DNA of 63,940 nt, filler included, from Octopus bimaculoides (Eukaryota), in NCBI RefSeq assembly GCF_001194135.2. It is 8 parts of 7 records of this genome, joined end to end, with 100 filler letters (N's around TTAATTAATTAA, not from the genome) between each part and the next. Parts side by side here need not be neighbours in the genome. Positions count along the whole stretch, not along the records: positions 8,927 to 20,076 come from NC_068984.1; positions 20,177 to 29,161 come from NC_068999.1; 6 more parts are not named here. One strand, given 5' to 3'. A model generated the notes under the pieces. That model worked only from the letters and a program-made list of their open reading frames with translations, did no database searches and had not been told where the DNA came from. Shown here in pieces: positions 12,440 to 26,087 of the stretch. The position numbers were made by a program, and so were the translations under genes. Each line of letters opens with the position of its first letter. Positions within the stretch are counted from its first letter, which is position 1.

Positions 12440-13270
12440 AAGTTAAATGACAGCTATTGTTTTGTGACATTGTTGAGCAACCCCGATGAAGTGGACCAAT
12501 GATAAAAGGTGTTCCAGCTCTGCAGTTCTCTCTTTCTCTCTGCTGGAGAAGTACTTAGCTAAAAGTAAAATATTGCATTTAATATCTGGTGTCTTTGAGA
12601 AGGCTTTTGACAAGGTGTCATACAGTGTAATATGGTGGTCTCTGAGAAAACCAGTTGTTGATGAATGGTTTGCAACAATTGTGCAAGTTATGTACAAATG
12701 TGCACTCAGTGAAGTGAGAGTCAGCATTGATTTAAATGATGAATTTAGTGTGAAGGTAGGGGGACCATCAACGTTTAGTTTTCAGCTTCCACCTGGTCGT
12801 CATGGTCCTGCAGGCCATCACTGAAGAGTTCAAGATTGGCTGTCTGTGGGAATTTCTATATCCTAATGATATAGTTCCTATAGCTAAATGTATAATGGAA
12901 TTACAGAAGAAATTCCAGACAGGGAAGCAAAACACACAATTACTTAGTTCAGACTAAAGTGTTAGTAAGCAGAAAGAAAAGATAGTACTCCAGTACTACC
13001 AGAGAATTGGTCTTGCTTAATATGTAAAAAAGCAATAAGAATAAACTCCAAATGCAGCTCCCAGTGTAAATTATGGATACTCAAGAGACATAGTGGAATC
13101 ACAGACAGGTTAACAGAGAAAGCAAGTTCTGTATGCCCCAAAAGCACTGGGGTAATAAACACCAAATGCATGCCAGAAAGAGTTTCTCTTAAATACCTGG
13201 CTATCTCATTATAAGTAGTGAATAGCTCTTCTTACCTAGGTGACATAATTAGTAGTTACTTAGGAAAAAT
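12440..13270 (+). mobile_element. Decayed RTE-clade LINE reverse transcriptase fragment with internal PHD-like Cys motif
   Basis: FEKAFDKVSYSVIWWSLRK...EFSVKVG; WEFLYPND (YADD position, about 12859); WSCLICKK...CSSQCKLW...VCPKS; YLGDIIS at 13233. Confidence 0.8.
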
Positions 13271-13720
13271 ATTCTGAGTGTGTGTTCCAAAACGTTGCTA
13301 GCCCCTGTCATATTTTCTTCAGTATTCATCCTTGCAACTGACATCTTTAAAAGGCATCCACTCATTAACATCACTCTATATGAATTATGATTTTCAAAGA
13401 TTTGAACTTTTATCAACTTACATTTTTGCCAATTATTGTTGAATGTAATATGATTAATAGAGCTACTACACTCTCTGAAATATTTAGTACCAAAGATGGT
13501 GCAAAATATCAAAACAGCAGACTGGAACTATAAAAGGATTAAATGTTGGCATAAAAATTAAATTACATGCTAAAAATAGTTATAGAAAGTGAAATGAACC
13601 ATTTTAAATAAAAGAAATATAAGTTAAGAAAGAAAGACCATTTCTATAAGGTTTCTCTCCTTTACAAAAAACAGCCAGTAAAATGCAGTAAAACTATAAG
13701 CTAATAAACTAAAGATTCCA

Positions 13721-13922
13721 GCTTCTCCAACATACTAAAAATTTAGAAATAGCAGTCAAAGAACTACTGATTCCAAACTACAAATTTTTTCTCTAACGGA
13801 TGGCGATATTTTTTGTTCTGTGTGTGCCATAAATATCGCCATCCGTTAGAGAAAAAAATTTGTAGTTTGGAATCAGTAGTTCTTTGACTGCTATTTCTAA
13901 ATTTTCAGTATGTTGGAGAAGC
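13721..13922. repeat. Near-perfect inverted repeat, about 91-bp arms, 19-nt loop
   Basis: 13721-13811 is the reverse complement of 13831-13922 with one substitution and one homopolymer indel. Confidence 0.9.
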
Positions 13923-14186
13923 AACTCAAGCTAATCCCTGTATATTTATGATCATATATATATATATGAGAAAGAGAGAGAGTGGTAAATATTGTGGACG
14001 CTGTCGGTTGCAACTCTTCACAAAGAGTAACTGTCGGTAAAGACATGGAATTGGGAGTACGGAGAGATGGAATAAACGTGGAGAGGCATTATATCCACTT
14101 TTAATAACTCTAATCAGCTACCTTCATGTATGTATGCATGTATGTATGTATATATATATAACTCTAATCAGCTACCTTCATGTATG

Positions 14187-14237
<51 letters not shown>

Positions 14238-15158
14238 NNNNNNNNNNNNNNNNNNNNNNNNNNNNNNNNNNNNNNNNNNNNNNNNNNNNNNNNNNNNNNN
14301 NNNNNNNNNNNNNNNNNNNNNNNNNNNNNNNNNNNNNNNNNNNNNNNNNNNNNNNNNNNNNNNNNNNNNNNNNNNNNNNNNNNNNNNNNNNNNNNNNNNN
14401 NNNNNNNNNNNNNNNNNNNNNNNNNNNNNNNNNNNNNNNNNNNNNNNNNNNNNNNNNNNNNNNNNNNNNNNNNNNNNNNNNNNNNNNNNNNNNNNNNNNN
14501 NNNNNNNNNNNNNNNNNNNNNNNNNNNNNNNNNNNNNNNNNNNNNNNNNNNNNNNNNNNNNNNNNNNNNNNNNNNNNNNNNNNNNNNNNNNNNNNNNNNN
14601 NNNNNNNNNNNNNNNNNNNNNNNNNNNNNNNNNNNNNNNNNNNNNNNNNNNNNNNNNNNNNNNNNNNNNNNNNNNNNNNNNNNNNNNNNNNNNNNNNNNN
14701 NNNNNNNNNNNNNNNNNNNNNNNNNNNNNNNNNNNNNNNNNNNNNNNNNNNNNNNNNNNNNNNNNNNNNNNNNNNNNNNNNNNNNNNNNNNNNNNNNNNN
14801 NNNNNNNNNNNNNNNNNNNNNNNNNNNNNNNNNNNNNNNNNNNNNNNNNNNNNNNNNNNNNNNNNNNNNNNNNNNNNNNNNNNNNNNNNNNNNNNNNNNN
14901 NNNNNNNNNNNNNNNNNNNNNNNNNNNNNNNNNNNNNNNNNNNNNNNNNNNNNNNNNNNNNNNNNNNNNNNNNNNNNNNNNNNNNNNNNNNNNNNNNNNN
15001 NNNNNNNNNNNNNNNNNNNNNNNNNNNNNNNNNNNNNNNNNNNNNNNNNNNNNNNNNNNNNNNNNNNNNNNNNNNNNNNNNNNNNNNNNNNNNNNNNNNN
15101 NNNNNNNNNNNNNNNNNNNNNNNNNNNNNNNNNNNNNNNNNNNNNNNNNNNNNNNNNN

Positions 15159-15520
15159 CAAAGGAATTTTTGCCCATTCTTCAGCTAAAGCACCCTCCAG
15201 TTTTTGTAGTGATGATGGTGGAGGATATCGACTCCTTACTTGTTTTTCTAAAATACACCATAAATGTTCAATAATATTGAGATCTGAGGACTGTGGTGGC
15301 CAGATAAGATGTTCAACCTCACTAGAATGTTTCTCGTGCCATTCAGTAACAACTTTAGCTGTGTGAATTGGTGCATTTTCCTGAAAGATTGCGTTTCCCT
15401 CCGGAAACAGTTCCGCAGCCGTAGGATGAATTTGATCAGATAAAATGCTTAAAAAGTCTTGATTATTAATTCCGCCATGAAGGGAAACCATTGATCCGGC
15501 AGATTTCCAACATATAGCCC
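15159..15520 (-). mobile_element. Tc1-family transposase C-terminal relic
   Basis: IFQENAPIHTAK...WPPQSSDLNIIEHLW resembles QDDNAPIH...WPxxSPDLNPIE; the second catalytic Asp appears lost. Confidence 0.85.
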
Positions 15521-15904
15521 CCCCCCCCCCGACCAGATCATCACAGATCCTCCTCCATGTATATCAGAGGCAATTGGTAACTGTCCTAACAACAAGAGCT
15601 GAGAATGCTAGATGTATTTCTGTCTCGATGTATTTCTGTACTCGCAGGCAACCGCAGAAAAACATCTAGCATTCTTACTAGCCGCTGCAACGTCATTTTC
15701 GATTTGCTTTCGGTATATATTGTGCTTTTAAATTCAGTAAGACCATAAGAAATATCTCTGGATGAATTCCGCAGCAAATTTGCCCTTAGCAACGTATTTG
15801 CATTAAGTACAATACATACATATATAGATACACACACACACTTACGCGCGTGCACACACACATACATACATACACACACATATAGATATATATACGTATA
15901 CACA

Positions 15905-15995
15905 TAACAACAACAAAAACCACTACATCAACAACAACAACAACAACAACAGCAGCAGCAGCAACAACAGCAACAACAACAACAACAACAATAAC

Positions 15996-16042
<47 letters not shown>
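15905..16042. repeat. (CAA)/(CAG)/(AAT) trinucleotide array
   Basis: Directly visible. Confidence 0.95.
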
Positions 16043-16043
<1 letters not shown>

Positions 16044-16739
16044 GTAATTAACAGAAACTCTGATTGGACAAGTACAAGAACTACAAGAAATATAACATAA
16101 TTCCCCCATACTTTTCAGACATTAAAACATACGTTAGGCACTTCTGGATATATTCAGAAAAAAATTCTCACCACAATATAGATACCACCAAAGTTTTAAT
16201 GCTTGTGCAGTGAAACATTTTTAGTCGGGTGCCCCAGACTTGGCTGATACATTGCAGCCTTGAAGTATAATAACGTTTGCAAAGGCAATAATAACACTAC
16301 TGAAAAGCGTTTATCAAATAATATGAAGGGAAATGTTAACGTAAGTTATGATAATGGTTAGAAATTCATTCGTTTAAAACTGTGATGATAGACACAGGGG
16401 ATGTTCCTCTATCGAATAACCATTGATAAATAGAACTACTAGCGATTATAAAAATAGTTAATCGAGGATCAATAGCAATAATAATGCTATGAAAGCAGAC
16501 ATAATGTTGTCCCTACCATATCTGGTGTAGTTTAAAGATATCTTATTTCTTGCAATATATCGCGTCAATTATCACGTACCAATAGTTAAATTAATATGTT
16601 AAAAAGTAGTTGTGATTGTACAATTGCCAGTTATTGTCCCTTTAAGTACTTGTGTCTCAGAGAAAAATATTATATATCGATATAATGTCATTACCCATTA
16701 TGGAATTAGGCATATATCCACCATTTCCAAAATAAGAAA

Positions 16740-16985
16740 TTCCTCGCAAAAGTAATTCTTTTCCAATCCTAAATTAAAACACTTGACATCACTATCAGAA
16801 TACCTATGGAACCTCAAATATAGTGTTACCAAATATAAATTTGATTGGGATATTGTAAGCTCAGCAACACCATATAATGGTGAAAGGAATGAATGTCGTT
16901 TGTGCACACAAGAAGCCACGGAATACTTACTAGTATTAACTTATTATATAAAAAGATTGAACTCTTAGTAAATTGCAATCGTAAA
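16740..16985 (+). mobile_element. Penelope-like element GIY-YIG C-terminal relic
   Basis: TSLSEYLWNLK...WDIVSSATPYNG...CRLC resembles the TxLSxYIWxLK...W...PY...CxLC end of PLE ORFs. Confidence 0.6.
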
Positions 16986-17009
16986 ATATTGAAAACATGC
17001 AAAATTAAA

Positions 17010-17200
17010 TAAGGCAGCGCGCTGGCAGAATCATTAGCACGCTGGGCAAAATGTTTATCGGCGTTTTATCGGTCTTTACGTTATGAGTTCAAATTCCGAT
17101 GGGGTCGACTTTGCATTTCATTTTTTCAGGGTCGATAAAATAAATACCAATTAAGCACTCCGGAATTGCTGACCTTTTGCCAAAATTTGAAAACAATATT
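17010..17200 (+). mobile_element. SINE A copy
   Basis: gctggcagaatcattagcacg...gagttcaaattcc...gtcgactttgc...ccaaaatttgaaa. Confidence 0.75.
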
Positions 17201-19129
17201 ACATTATTAAAAATCCCGATTACGGTTAGATTTTTTCAAACCTCCCCACATGTATATCAGTATTGCTATCGGTATCATTTAAATAGACGATATTGAGAAT
17301 GATAAAACCTGACCTAAACAAATTGGCAGATATCAGCACGCACCAGTCGTGCTACTGTTAGATTCATCGGTCCGATTACGTAGCTTTGCCAGAGGAATCA
17401 CAAAATAAAGTGGAAACACTGCGATGCTTCAAAGTTCCGTTACATAGGTGAATCATATGTTATGAACACACGTCGTATAAAGGGAGATGTTTGCTGGAGA
17501 TCAGCGATCAGGTATTCCTGTTCGAATCTACCAGAACGTAGTAAGAATGAATATATACATTATTGTTATTCTCATTTAGCCTGTCTATTCCCATCCCGAC
17601 AACTTTCTTTAGACTTTATCATCCACACAATGGACTAAAGCACATAAATAGTAACTACAGAACTCGCAGTGCAACGAAGCCGACCCAATATTTTTTCCTA
17701 CACACACAAATGTATGAGTGTGTGAATATATACACACACACGTGTGTGTGTATGTGTGTGTGTAAGGAACAAGCTGTCACCCTCGTGAAAGTAAGGTATG
17801 GTAACATGTACCATGTTAATCGTTTTAGGTGCTTATGTAGTCGCGAGTAGATAGATACCTTCTCAATTATCCCACTCTTATACCTAGGAACACATTCAGG
17901 ATATGATAGCTGCAGAGAGAGAGAGAGAGAGAGAGAGGGAGGGAGAGAAATAGAGAAAGAAAGAGAGCAGCTTTAGCACTCAGCTGGTACTCATTTTCAG
18001 CTGAGTAGACTGGAGCAACGCGAAATGAAGTTTCCTCCTCAGAGCCACAATGCCCCACTTGGTCCGGGAACAGAACCTACAGCATTATGATTGTAAGATG
18101 AACACTCTGACCACTATTCTATGTACCTTTATTATTACATTAGCTTTTGCTCTGAAACTAACTGCGTTGCAGTGAATCACGTAGCATGCGGCGTTCATTT
18201 GTAAAATAGTTTTCCGTTTTTTTTTTTTTTTTTACAGACAGTGTCTATAATCCGTTACAGGGATCTCCGAGACTAGTATAAGTAAGGGAAAAAGGTATTT
18301 TCATGTAAGAAACCTGACCTGAATGTTTGTAACAGAGTAGATGCCATTAAAGGACCCAAATGACCAGGAAGTGATGTGAAACCGGGCAACAGATTAAGTC
18401 TACTACCCAAGCAAACCGCGACACAATTTGAATTCAGAACGCAGAGAGCCAGAACAAATACCACGAAACATCCCACCTAATACCAACAACTCTACCAGTC
18501 GACCCCGGAATGACAAAAAGCAATGTTGTCCTCAGTGGAATTTGAAGTCAGGACAGAAGAAGCCGAGATAAATACAGTGAAGTATTTCATTCAATACTAT
18601 AACAGCTCTGTTAGTTTACTGCTTCTGATTGCAATAAAACTTCTGTCGATAGTTGATTTTGTAGTCGTAACTCCTTGATTAATATAAATTACTGAGTTTG
18701 TCTACTGGAGATGCCATCTGCATGGAAAACAATACTTACTTTAAGTGTTAACATACTAAATGCAGCGAACATCAACAAATGCAGTTTTAAATACTAATGT
18801 GGTGAGAAAAATACAATATTAACTCAATGCCTAATATGCTAATTTTTGCAAGCAAGAGAGACAAGTCTAGACATGTTTCGTTCTGATTAGATTAAACCTT
18901 CCCAGTGAGGTATAGATTTCAGCGTACTTGCAGAAGCAATGATGAAAGAATAGTTAAATAGTTGTACATGATTATGCTTGGAAAATTAACGTATTTGAAA
19001 AATAAATCAGTGAAATTAAATCTTCAAACCGGTTTTCGTGCGTTTCTTCAGTTATGGTCATGAATGTAGGGTAATGAATGATAAAGTAGGATAGCAAATG
19101 CAAGCGGCCGAAATGGGATTCCTCGGAAG

Positions 19130-19440
19130 GGTTTCTGGAGTAACGTTATTCTACGGGGTGCGCAGCTCGGATATCAAGGAGTCTCTCCAGGTCAAGTTGC
19201 TACTTCTTCGCATTTAGAGGTCACATCTCAGGGACTACAGACATGTGATTAGAATATCTGAAGAAAAAAGAGTAAGACAGATTCTTCGAACCGAGCCAAC
19301 TTGCAGGAAACCTACGGGTAGACCAAGAACTAGATTGTTGGATAATAATCTATAGTTTCGAGAATCCAGCCGAGAAGCGTAATAACGGTTGTTTCCTATA
19401 AGACCCTTTAGAAGAGGTGCCTGAGTACTCTAATGTATAG
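19130..19440 (+). mobile_element. RTE-clade LINE C-terminal relic
   Basis: Translation GVRSSDIKESLQVKLLLLRI*RSHLR..HVIR...KPTGRPRTR. Confidence 0.6.
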
Positions 19441-19981
19441 ACCTACCCAGGAATAGTGGGCGGAAAAGATACATGGATGGAAATTAAAGGAGGTCTAGTA
19501 ACACTAAAATATGCTCAAAATTGTCTCCCGTAGTTAGCGAATTGATTAATACAATATCAGTCATTGCATAAGTATTGGTTTTCTCTCAATGCATACATAT
19601 TTGTAAATAGATTTGTTGATAGTCAATGCATTAAATATGTAAGCACTAAGTTAACTAATAGATATATATAGCTTTTAAAACGCGTTCATGTCGAATGCCT
19701 GGGTAAGAAGCCATAACTTCTATATTCAGACAGTTCTCGATATAACTTTTATAGACGAGAATTCTATGTTTAAGTCCTATTTAACATATGCATAGAATGC
19801 AAAGTAAATTGTATTATGCAGTCCATCAGTCCATGTATAATTCACAGTACTTCATGTCTACTGCAGAAGCATAGATACACACACACACACTCTCTCTCTA
19901 ACACACACACACACAAACACATACACTATACGTATATATATATATATATATACACACACACGGTTTTTCATAGCGTCTGTT

Positions 19982-20053
19982 GCCATTAATAGCCGACGAG
20001 AATGTATCGTAGCTCTTCGCTTCGACATTCGAAACTCCGAGTACTATAATGAC
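19982..20053 (+). ncRNA. Type I hammerhead-like motif (U4C core)
   Basis: ATAG-[CCGACGA]-GAATGT..ACATTC-[GAAA]-CTCCGAGT-A-CTAT: perfect 6-bp stem II, GUA triplet, extended stem I. Confidence 0.7.
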
Positions 20054-21064
20054 AACCTTCTACTGTTTGTTCTAAANNNNNNNNNNNNNNNNNNNNNNNN
20101 NNNNNNNNNNNNNNNNNNNNTTAATTAATTAANNNNNNNNNNNNNNNNNNNNNNNNNNNNNNNNNNNNNNNNNNNNACCACCACCACCACCGCCATAACC
20201 ACCACCACCACCTACACCACCGAGAATATAGTACCACATCCACCTCCACCAACTGCCGCCATCTTTACAGCCAACAACCACAACAACAACAACAACAACA
20301 GTAATAAATGTAGCAACGACAGCAGCAGCAGTCATAAGAGCAGCGACAGTAAGAAGAAGAACAACAGCGAAACCAACAGCAGCAGCATCAGCAGCAGCAG
20401 TAGCAGCAGCAGCAACAACAACAACAACACCAGTACCATCATCAAGGCACATTGAAAACTGCATATTTCAGCGCTATTGTTTCCAATTTCGACCCATTTT
20501 AGACAAATTAATTGTACTTCCGCTACCCACAGTGAGTCACTTCCGTTATGATTTTGAGCTTGGAAGCACACATCAGTTGTTTCGTTGCTCCAGTGATGGC
20601 GATGGTGGTGCCGGTTGCGGTGGGTGTTTGCGTGGGGGGGCTGGGGATGGTCTTCGTGATGATGATAGTGGTGGTGGTGGTGGTGGTGGTAGTGNNNNNN
20701 NNNNNNNNNNNNNNNNNNNNNNNNNNNNNNNNNNNNNNNNNNNNNNNNNNNNNNNNNNNNNNNNNNNNNNNNNNNNNNNNNNNNNNNNNNNNNNNNNNNN
20801 NNNNNNNNNNNNNNNNNNNNNNNNNNNNNNNNNNNNNNNNNNNNNNNNNNNNNNNNNNNNNNNNNNNNNNNNNNNNNNNNNNNNNNNNNNNNNNNNNNNN
20901 NNNNNNNNNNNNNNNNNNNNNNNNNNNNNNNNNNNNNNNNNNNNNNNNNNNNNNNNNNNNNNNNNNNNNNNGGTGGTGGTGGAGTTAGTGTAGCTCCATA
21001 TCCACCTCAGTGATGGTGTCGCGGCGGTGTAACACAACTCCTACCTAAGCCAGTCGTGGGGTGA

Positions 21065-21236
21065 AGTGGTGGTAGTATTAATAGTAGTAGTAGTAGTAGT
21101 GGTAGTAGTGGTGGTAGTGGTGGTGGTGGTGGTGGTGGTAGTAGTTGTGATGGTAGTCGTGGTTGAAGTAGTAGTGGTAGTAGTTGTTGTTGTGAGGGTA
21201 GTAGTAGTAGTTGTGATGGTAGTAATGGCTGCAGTG

Positions 21237-21280
<44 letters not shown>

Positions 21281-21330
21281 TGTTATTGTGGGGGTAGTTG
21301 TAGCAGTAGTAGCATTAATTGTAGTAGGGT
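21065..21330. repeat. (GTA)/(GTG)/(GTT) trinucleotide array
   Basis: Directly visible; explains the poly-Val ORF 21066-21338. Confidence 0.95.
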
Positions 21331-22654
21331 TGTATTGATGGCAATGGCTTTGATTGTGGTTGTGGTATAGGTTGCAGTGGTGAAAGTGGTATTGTCATTG
21401 AATACGCCATTGAAACCGGGAAACCGGGCCCATGAGCCTGGCTAGGATTTAAAAGGGCGCTTTTATATTTTTATTTTTTCCCCCTTCTCTTTGTCTACCT
21501 TTCGTTCTTTCTTACTCTTTTCCTCCTCCCTTCCTCCCAGTCTTCTCTTTCTTTATGTCTCACTCTTCCCGCACCCATCCCCGCTCTCATTAATTCTGAA
21601 ACTTTAATTTTTCGACCTAAATACATCTTTTGGTATCGTTGCCTTTAATTTTACTATCACCGCGGCAGTATCACAACCGACGAGGGTGGTAGCGATGGTA
21701 GTTGTCGTGGTGGTTGTGATGATCGCAGATGTAGTAGTAGCAGTAGAAGCAGGAGCAGCAGCATCTGCGTTGACAAGTTAGCGATGATGATTAATTTGAT
21801 GATAATGACAATTCGGTTAAAAATGATAACAACGACGTTGACAACGAAGAAATCGGCCCTGATTAAGCAGAGGCCATCAGGAGACAATGCACCGTTTCTA
21901 GACCTTTCTCTCGATACCTTTACCCCGCACTTGCCACCCCTCACTGATGTGAGACCCCTATTTACCGGATCGACTAATCACTAATATTTAACCATCGACA
22001 TTCGATCATAAGTACAAGTCCTTCTGCTTAATTCTTCTTCGAAAGTTTTTCAAGGGACTTTATAATTTACGATTGACCACAAGGCCATAGGACTTGCATT
22101 ATCTCTTTAGTTGGGGAAGGGTACACGTTGACCTAATGATATTTGATTAAAACGAATCCTAGCTGGAGCATTTATCGATCCACAGCATTTATCGATTTGT
22201 ATCCCAGTATGACTTGCTTCGTGTTTGACCGTTAAATGACCTACACTACATCGATTATTTCTTAAACTTCTTGTCTTCACTTATCTCCAATCTTATTTTC
22301 AGTATGAAGTCCTTTACAAAACCCAACGCACTCGTAGTCGCTTCTAGTCTCCTCCATATTCATTTGTACCAGACTTATTACCGATTCTGAGCATCCATGT
22401 TTCCCTGTTTCCCGCTGAAGGACTATGGTAGGGTTGTATGATTTTTTTTTTTTTGCTGTGGTGGTGGTGGTGGTGACGTGGGTGATGGCGATGGCTAAGC
22501 AATAACGTTGGTGCTACTGATGACAATGCTGGTAGGATTGCGATGACGAAAAATTCTTCTTGAAATAAAAATTAGATTCTTCGTGAGGAATTACATATTA
22601 GTATGAATAATTACGACCAACAAAAATATACAAAGACCTATCATAGCCCAGACG

Positions 22655-22690
<36 letters not shown>

Positions 22691-22705
22691 ATATGTGTGT
22701 GTGTG

Positions 22706-22753
<48 letters not shown>

Positions 22754-23185
22754 CGGTGGATTTCCTTCCGTTCACGTTAAGCAATTCCACGCAAAAGGCT
22801 TTACGTCAGCTCGTGGCGATAACACATAACACTCAGCAATGTGGCTATGCAGTGAGACGGCACTGCAAGCTAGTTGGGATACAAAATTCTTACCACAGAG
22901 CCATACCTGCACCTATAAATATACACACGTACAAACATACATACACGTACACATCCATCCATACATACATACATACATACATATACACACACACATACAT
23001 ACATACATATACTGTCGTTGAATGCTCGAAACGAGTAGAAAGACAGTCAACAACAGATGAAGGGTCGTTCTTTGTGTTACTTGTCCTGTTTTTCTCTCTC
23101 ATTGTTTGTGTATTAAAACTGTTTGTTTTCGTAGTTTATGTTGTTTACAGTTGGTGATGTCCTTACCCAGAGATTCACACACAAA

Positions 23186-23250
<65 letters not shown>

Positions 23251-23490
23251 TATTTATATTATATATATGTATATATACATATACACTCACGCACGCATAC
23301 ACATACACACACATATGTATATGCGCTGCAAATTATATGCAACTATATATTAAATAACGCCTAAGCATAAACTGATATACAAATCGGTAGTTGGTTAGAA
23401 TGAAGAAATGTATTCATTATGCCACAAATGGCAGTGAATTCAGATATTGGTCTTGGTTTAATGAGCGGCTTAACACCGAGCACATCATAA

Positions 23491-23531
<41 letters not shown>

Positions 23532-23758
23532 CCTCACACGCACTCAATCACATACACATAGAGATTCACACACAGACAACCACATACATATACACACATA
23601 TAAAACATGTATATTCGAAAATGGTCTGCGGACAATTGAATTTGCTAAGTTTAACGTTTTATGATTGATTACCATAAGCTAACGTTACAAAATGAGGTTA
23701 CCGGGTATTATCTCTTACAGACAGTATAATTTTTCTATGCATTCATTTCAATGTATGC

Positions 23759-23797
<39 letters not shown>

Positions 23798-24920
23798 TGT
23801 ATATTGAATATATATGGTACTAGAAGTTTGTTCATATAAACTGCCATAAGGTTTGTGCGTGTGTGTGTGCCGGCTTTGGTGTGTATGTGTTTGCGTATTT
23901 GTTCTTTTTATTCCTTTATTCGTCTGTAAGTTAGAGCCATGCGGCTGTGGTCATGCCGCAGCTGATTTTTCTATATACGCACATCTGTATAAGTTTACCA
24001 ATGTACATATATGTATATAGATACATATGCACGCGTGTACGTATATGTGTGTGTGTGTGTGTGTGAGTAAGTGTGTCAATGCGAGTGTGTGAGAATGGCT
24101 GTCTGTCAATGTTCATACAGAGACGTATATATATATATATATATATATATNNNNNNNNNNNNNNNNNNNNNNNNNNNNNNNNNNNNNNNNNNNNNNNNNN
24201 NNNNNNNNNNNNNNNNNNNNNNNNNNNNNNNNNNNNNNNNNNNNNNNNNNNNNNNNNNNNNNNNNNNNNNNNNNNNNNNNNNNNNNNNNNNNNNNNNNNN
24301 NNNNNNNNNNNNNNNNNNNNNNNNNNNNNNNNNNNNNNNNNNNNNNNNNNNNNNNNNNNNNNNNNNNNNNNNNNNNNNNNNNNNNNNNNNNNNNNNNNNN
24401 NNNNNNNNNNNNNNNNNNNNNNNNNNNNNNNNNNNNNNNNNNNNNNNNNNNNNNNNNNNNNNNNNNNNNNNNNNNNNNNNNNNNNNNNNNNNNNNNNNNN
24501 NNNNNNNNNNNNNNNNNNNNNNNNNNNNNNNNNNNNNNNNNNNNNNNNNNNNNNNNNNNNNNNNNNNNNNNNNNNNNNNNNNNNNNNNNNNNNNNNNNNN
24601 NNNNNNNNNNNNNNNNNNNNNNNNNNNNNNNNNNNNNNNNNNNNNNNNNNNNNNNNNNNNNNNNNNNNNNNNNNNNNNNNNNNNNNNNNNNNNNNNNNNN
24701 NNNNNNNNNNNNNNNNNNNNNNNNNNNNNNNNNNNNNNNNNNNNNNNNNNNNNNNNNNNNNNNNNNNNNNNNNNNNNNNNNNNNNNNNNNNNNNNNNNNN
24801 NNNNNNNNNNNNNNNNNNNNNNNNNCGACATCGCTACAAGATCAAACGGATTACATTAGCATTCATTTCCTGCAAATTATGCCATCATTGACTGCCAACA
24901 TCCGTCGAAAGTTGTACGGT

Positions 24921-25022
<102 letters not shown>

Positions 25023-25339
25023 GACTATCTGTCTGTCTGTCTGTTTATCTACTTTTCTCTTTATGTCTGTATCTAATATCTCTGCCCTTAGCGTCACACA
25101 CACAGACACACACACACACACACACACAGAAACACACACACATACACACACACACATACACTCTCACGCACACACATGCATACGTGTGTGTTGGACTATG
25201 TGTGCGTGTGGGCTTCTGTACATGCATATGTGTCTTGTGCTTTGTGTGCGTCTGTGTGTGTATGTATATGCACAATTAGGCATACAAATTTATCTATCTA
25301 TCTATCTGTCTATCTATCTATCTATCTATCTATCTGTCT

Positions 25340-25401
<62 letters not shown>

Positions 25402-25445
25402 TTATGTGTATATGGATCTTGGTCTACATATGTATTAATATATAT

Positions 25446-25487
<42 letters not shown>

Positions 25488-25982
25488 CTGGTTACATTCA
25501 TCTTCCTACTCGATATGATTGTGTATATATAAAGATGTACACGCATGCTCCATATGTTGCCGTGTATTCGCGTGCGGCGCCGTATGCTTGTGGTCGCCTC
25601 TGCGTGAATGTCTCATTACCAGACCATAGGCCTGTGTTTGTGGGTTTGTGTGAGTGTGCATGTGTATGTCTATGCGTGCTTGTATAGTGTTCCATTCTAC
25701 ATCTATGGCTCTGTTTTTTTGCAGCATATTCCCGGTGTATCTATTTCCAACAAACTTCTAATATTCTCGACCGATTCGTATGAGCGTCTCGCTGCCGTTA
25801 CCATTGCTAAAAGATGGCGTCTTTAACCATACGCAAGCACACATCCTTGCATACAAACACAAACACACTTACTTGTATATAAAAACTCACACAGACACAA
25901 GCATACATACACACGCACACACACATACACATATGTATAAAAATATATATGTGTTTGTGTTTATGAATGTATATAATATGTG

Positions 25983-26019
<37 letters not shown>

Positions 26020-26050
26020 TTATGTATATAAAATGTATATATGTATGTGC

Positions 26051-26087
<37 letters not shown>

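Noticed and set aside
18866-18910. Minus-strand CTGGGAA...GAAACATGTC hammerhead relic
   Set aside because: Two core mismatches and a broken stem I; at best a dead relic.
23020-23066. Permuted (type II) hammerhead reading; related CTGATGA at 2117
   Set aside because: Stem I cannot form and the core is mutated or incomplete in both copies.
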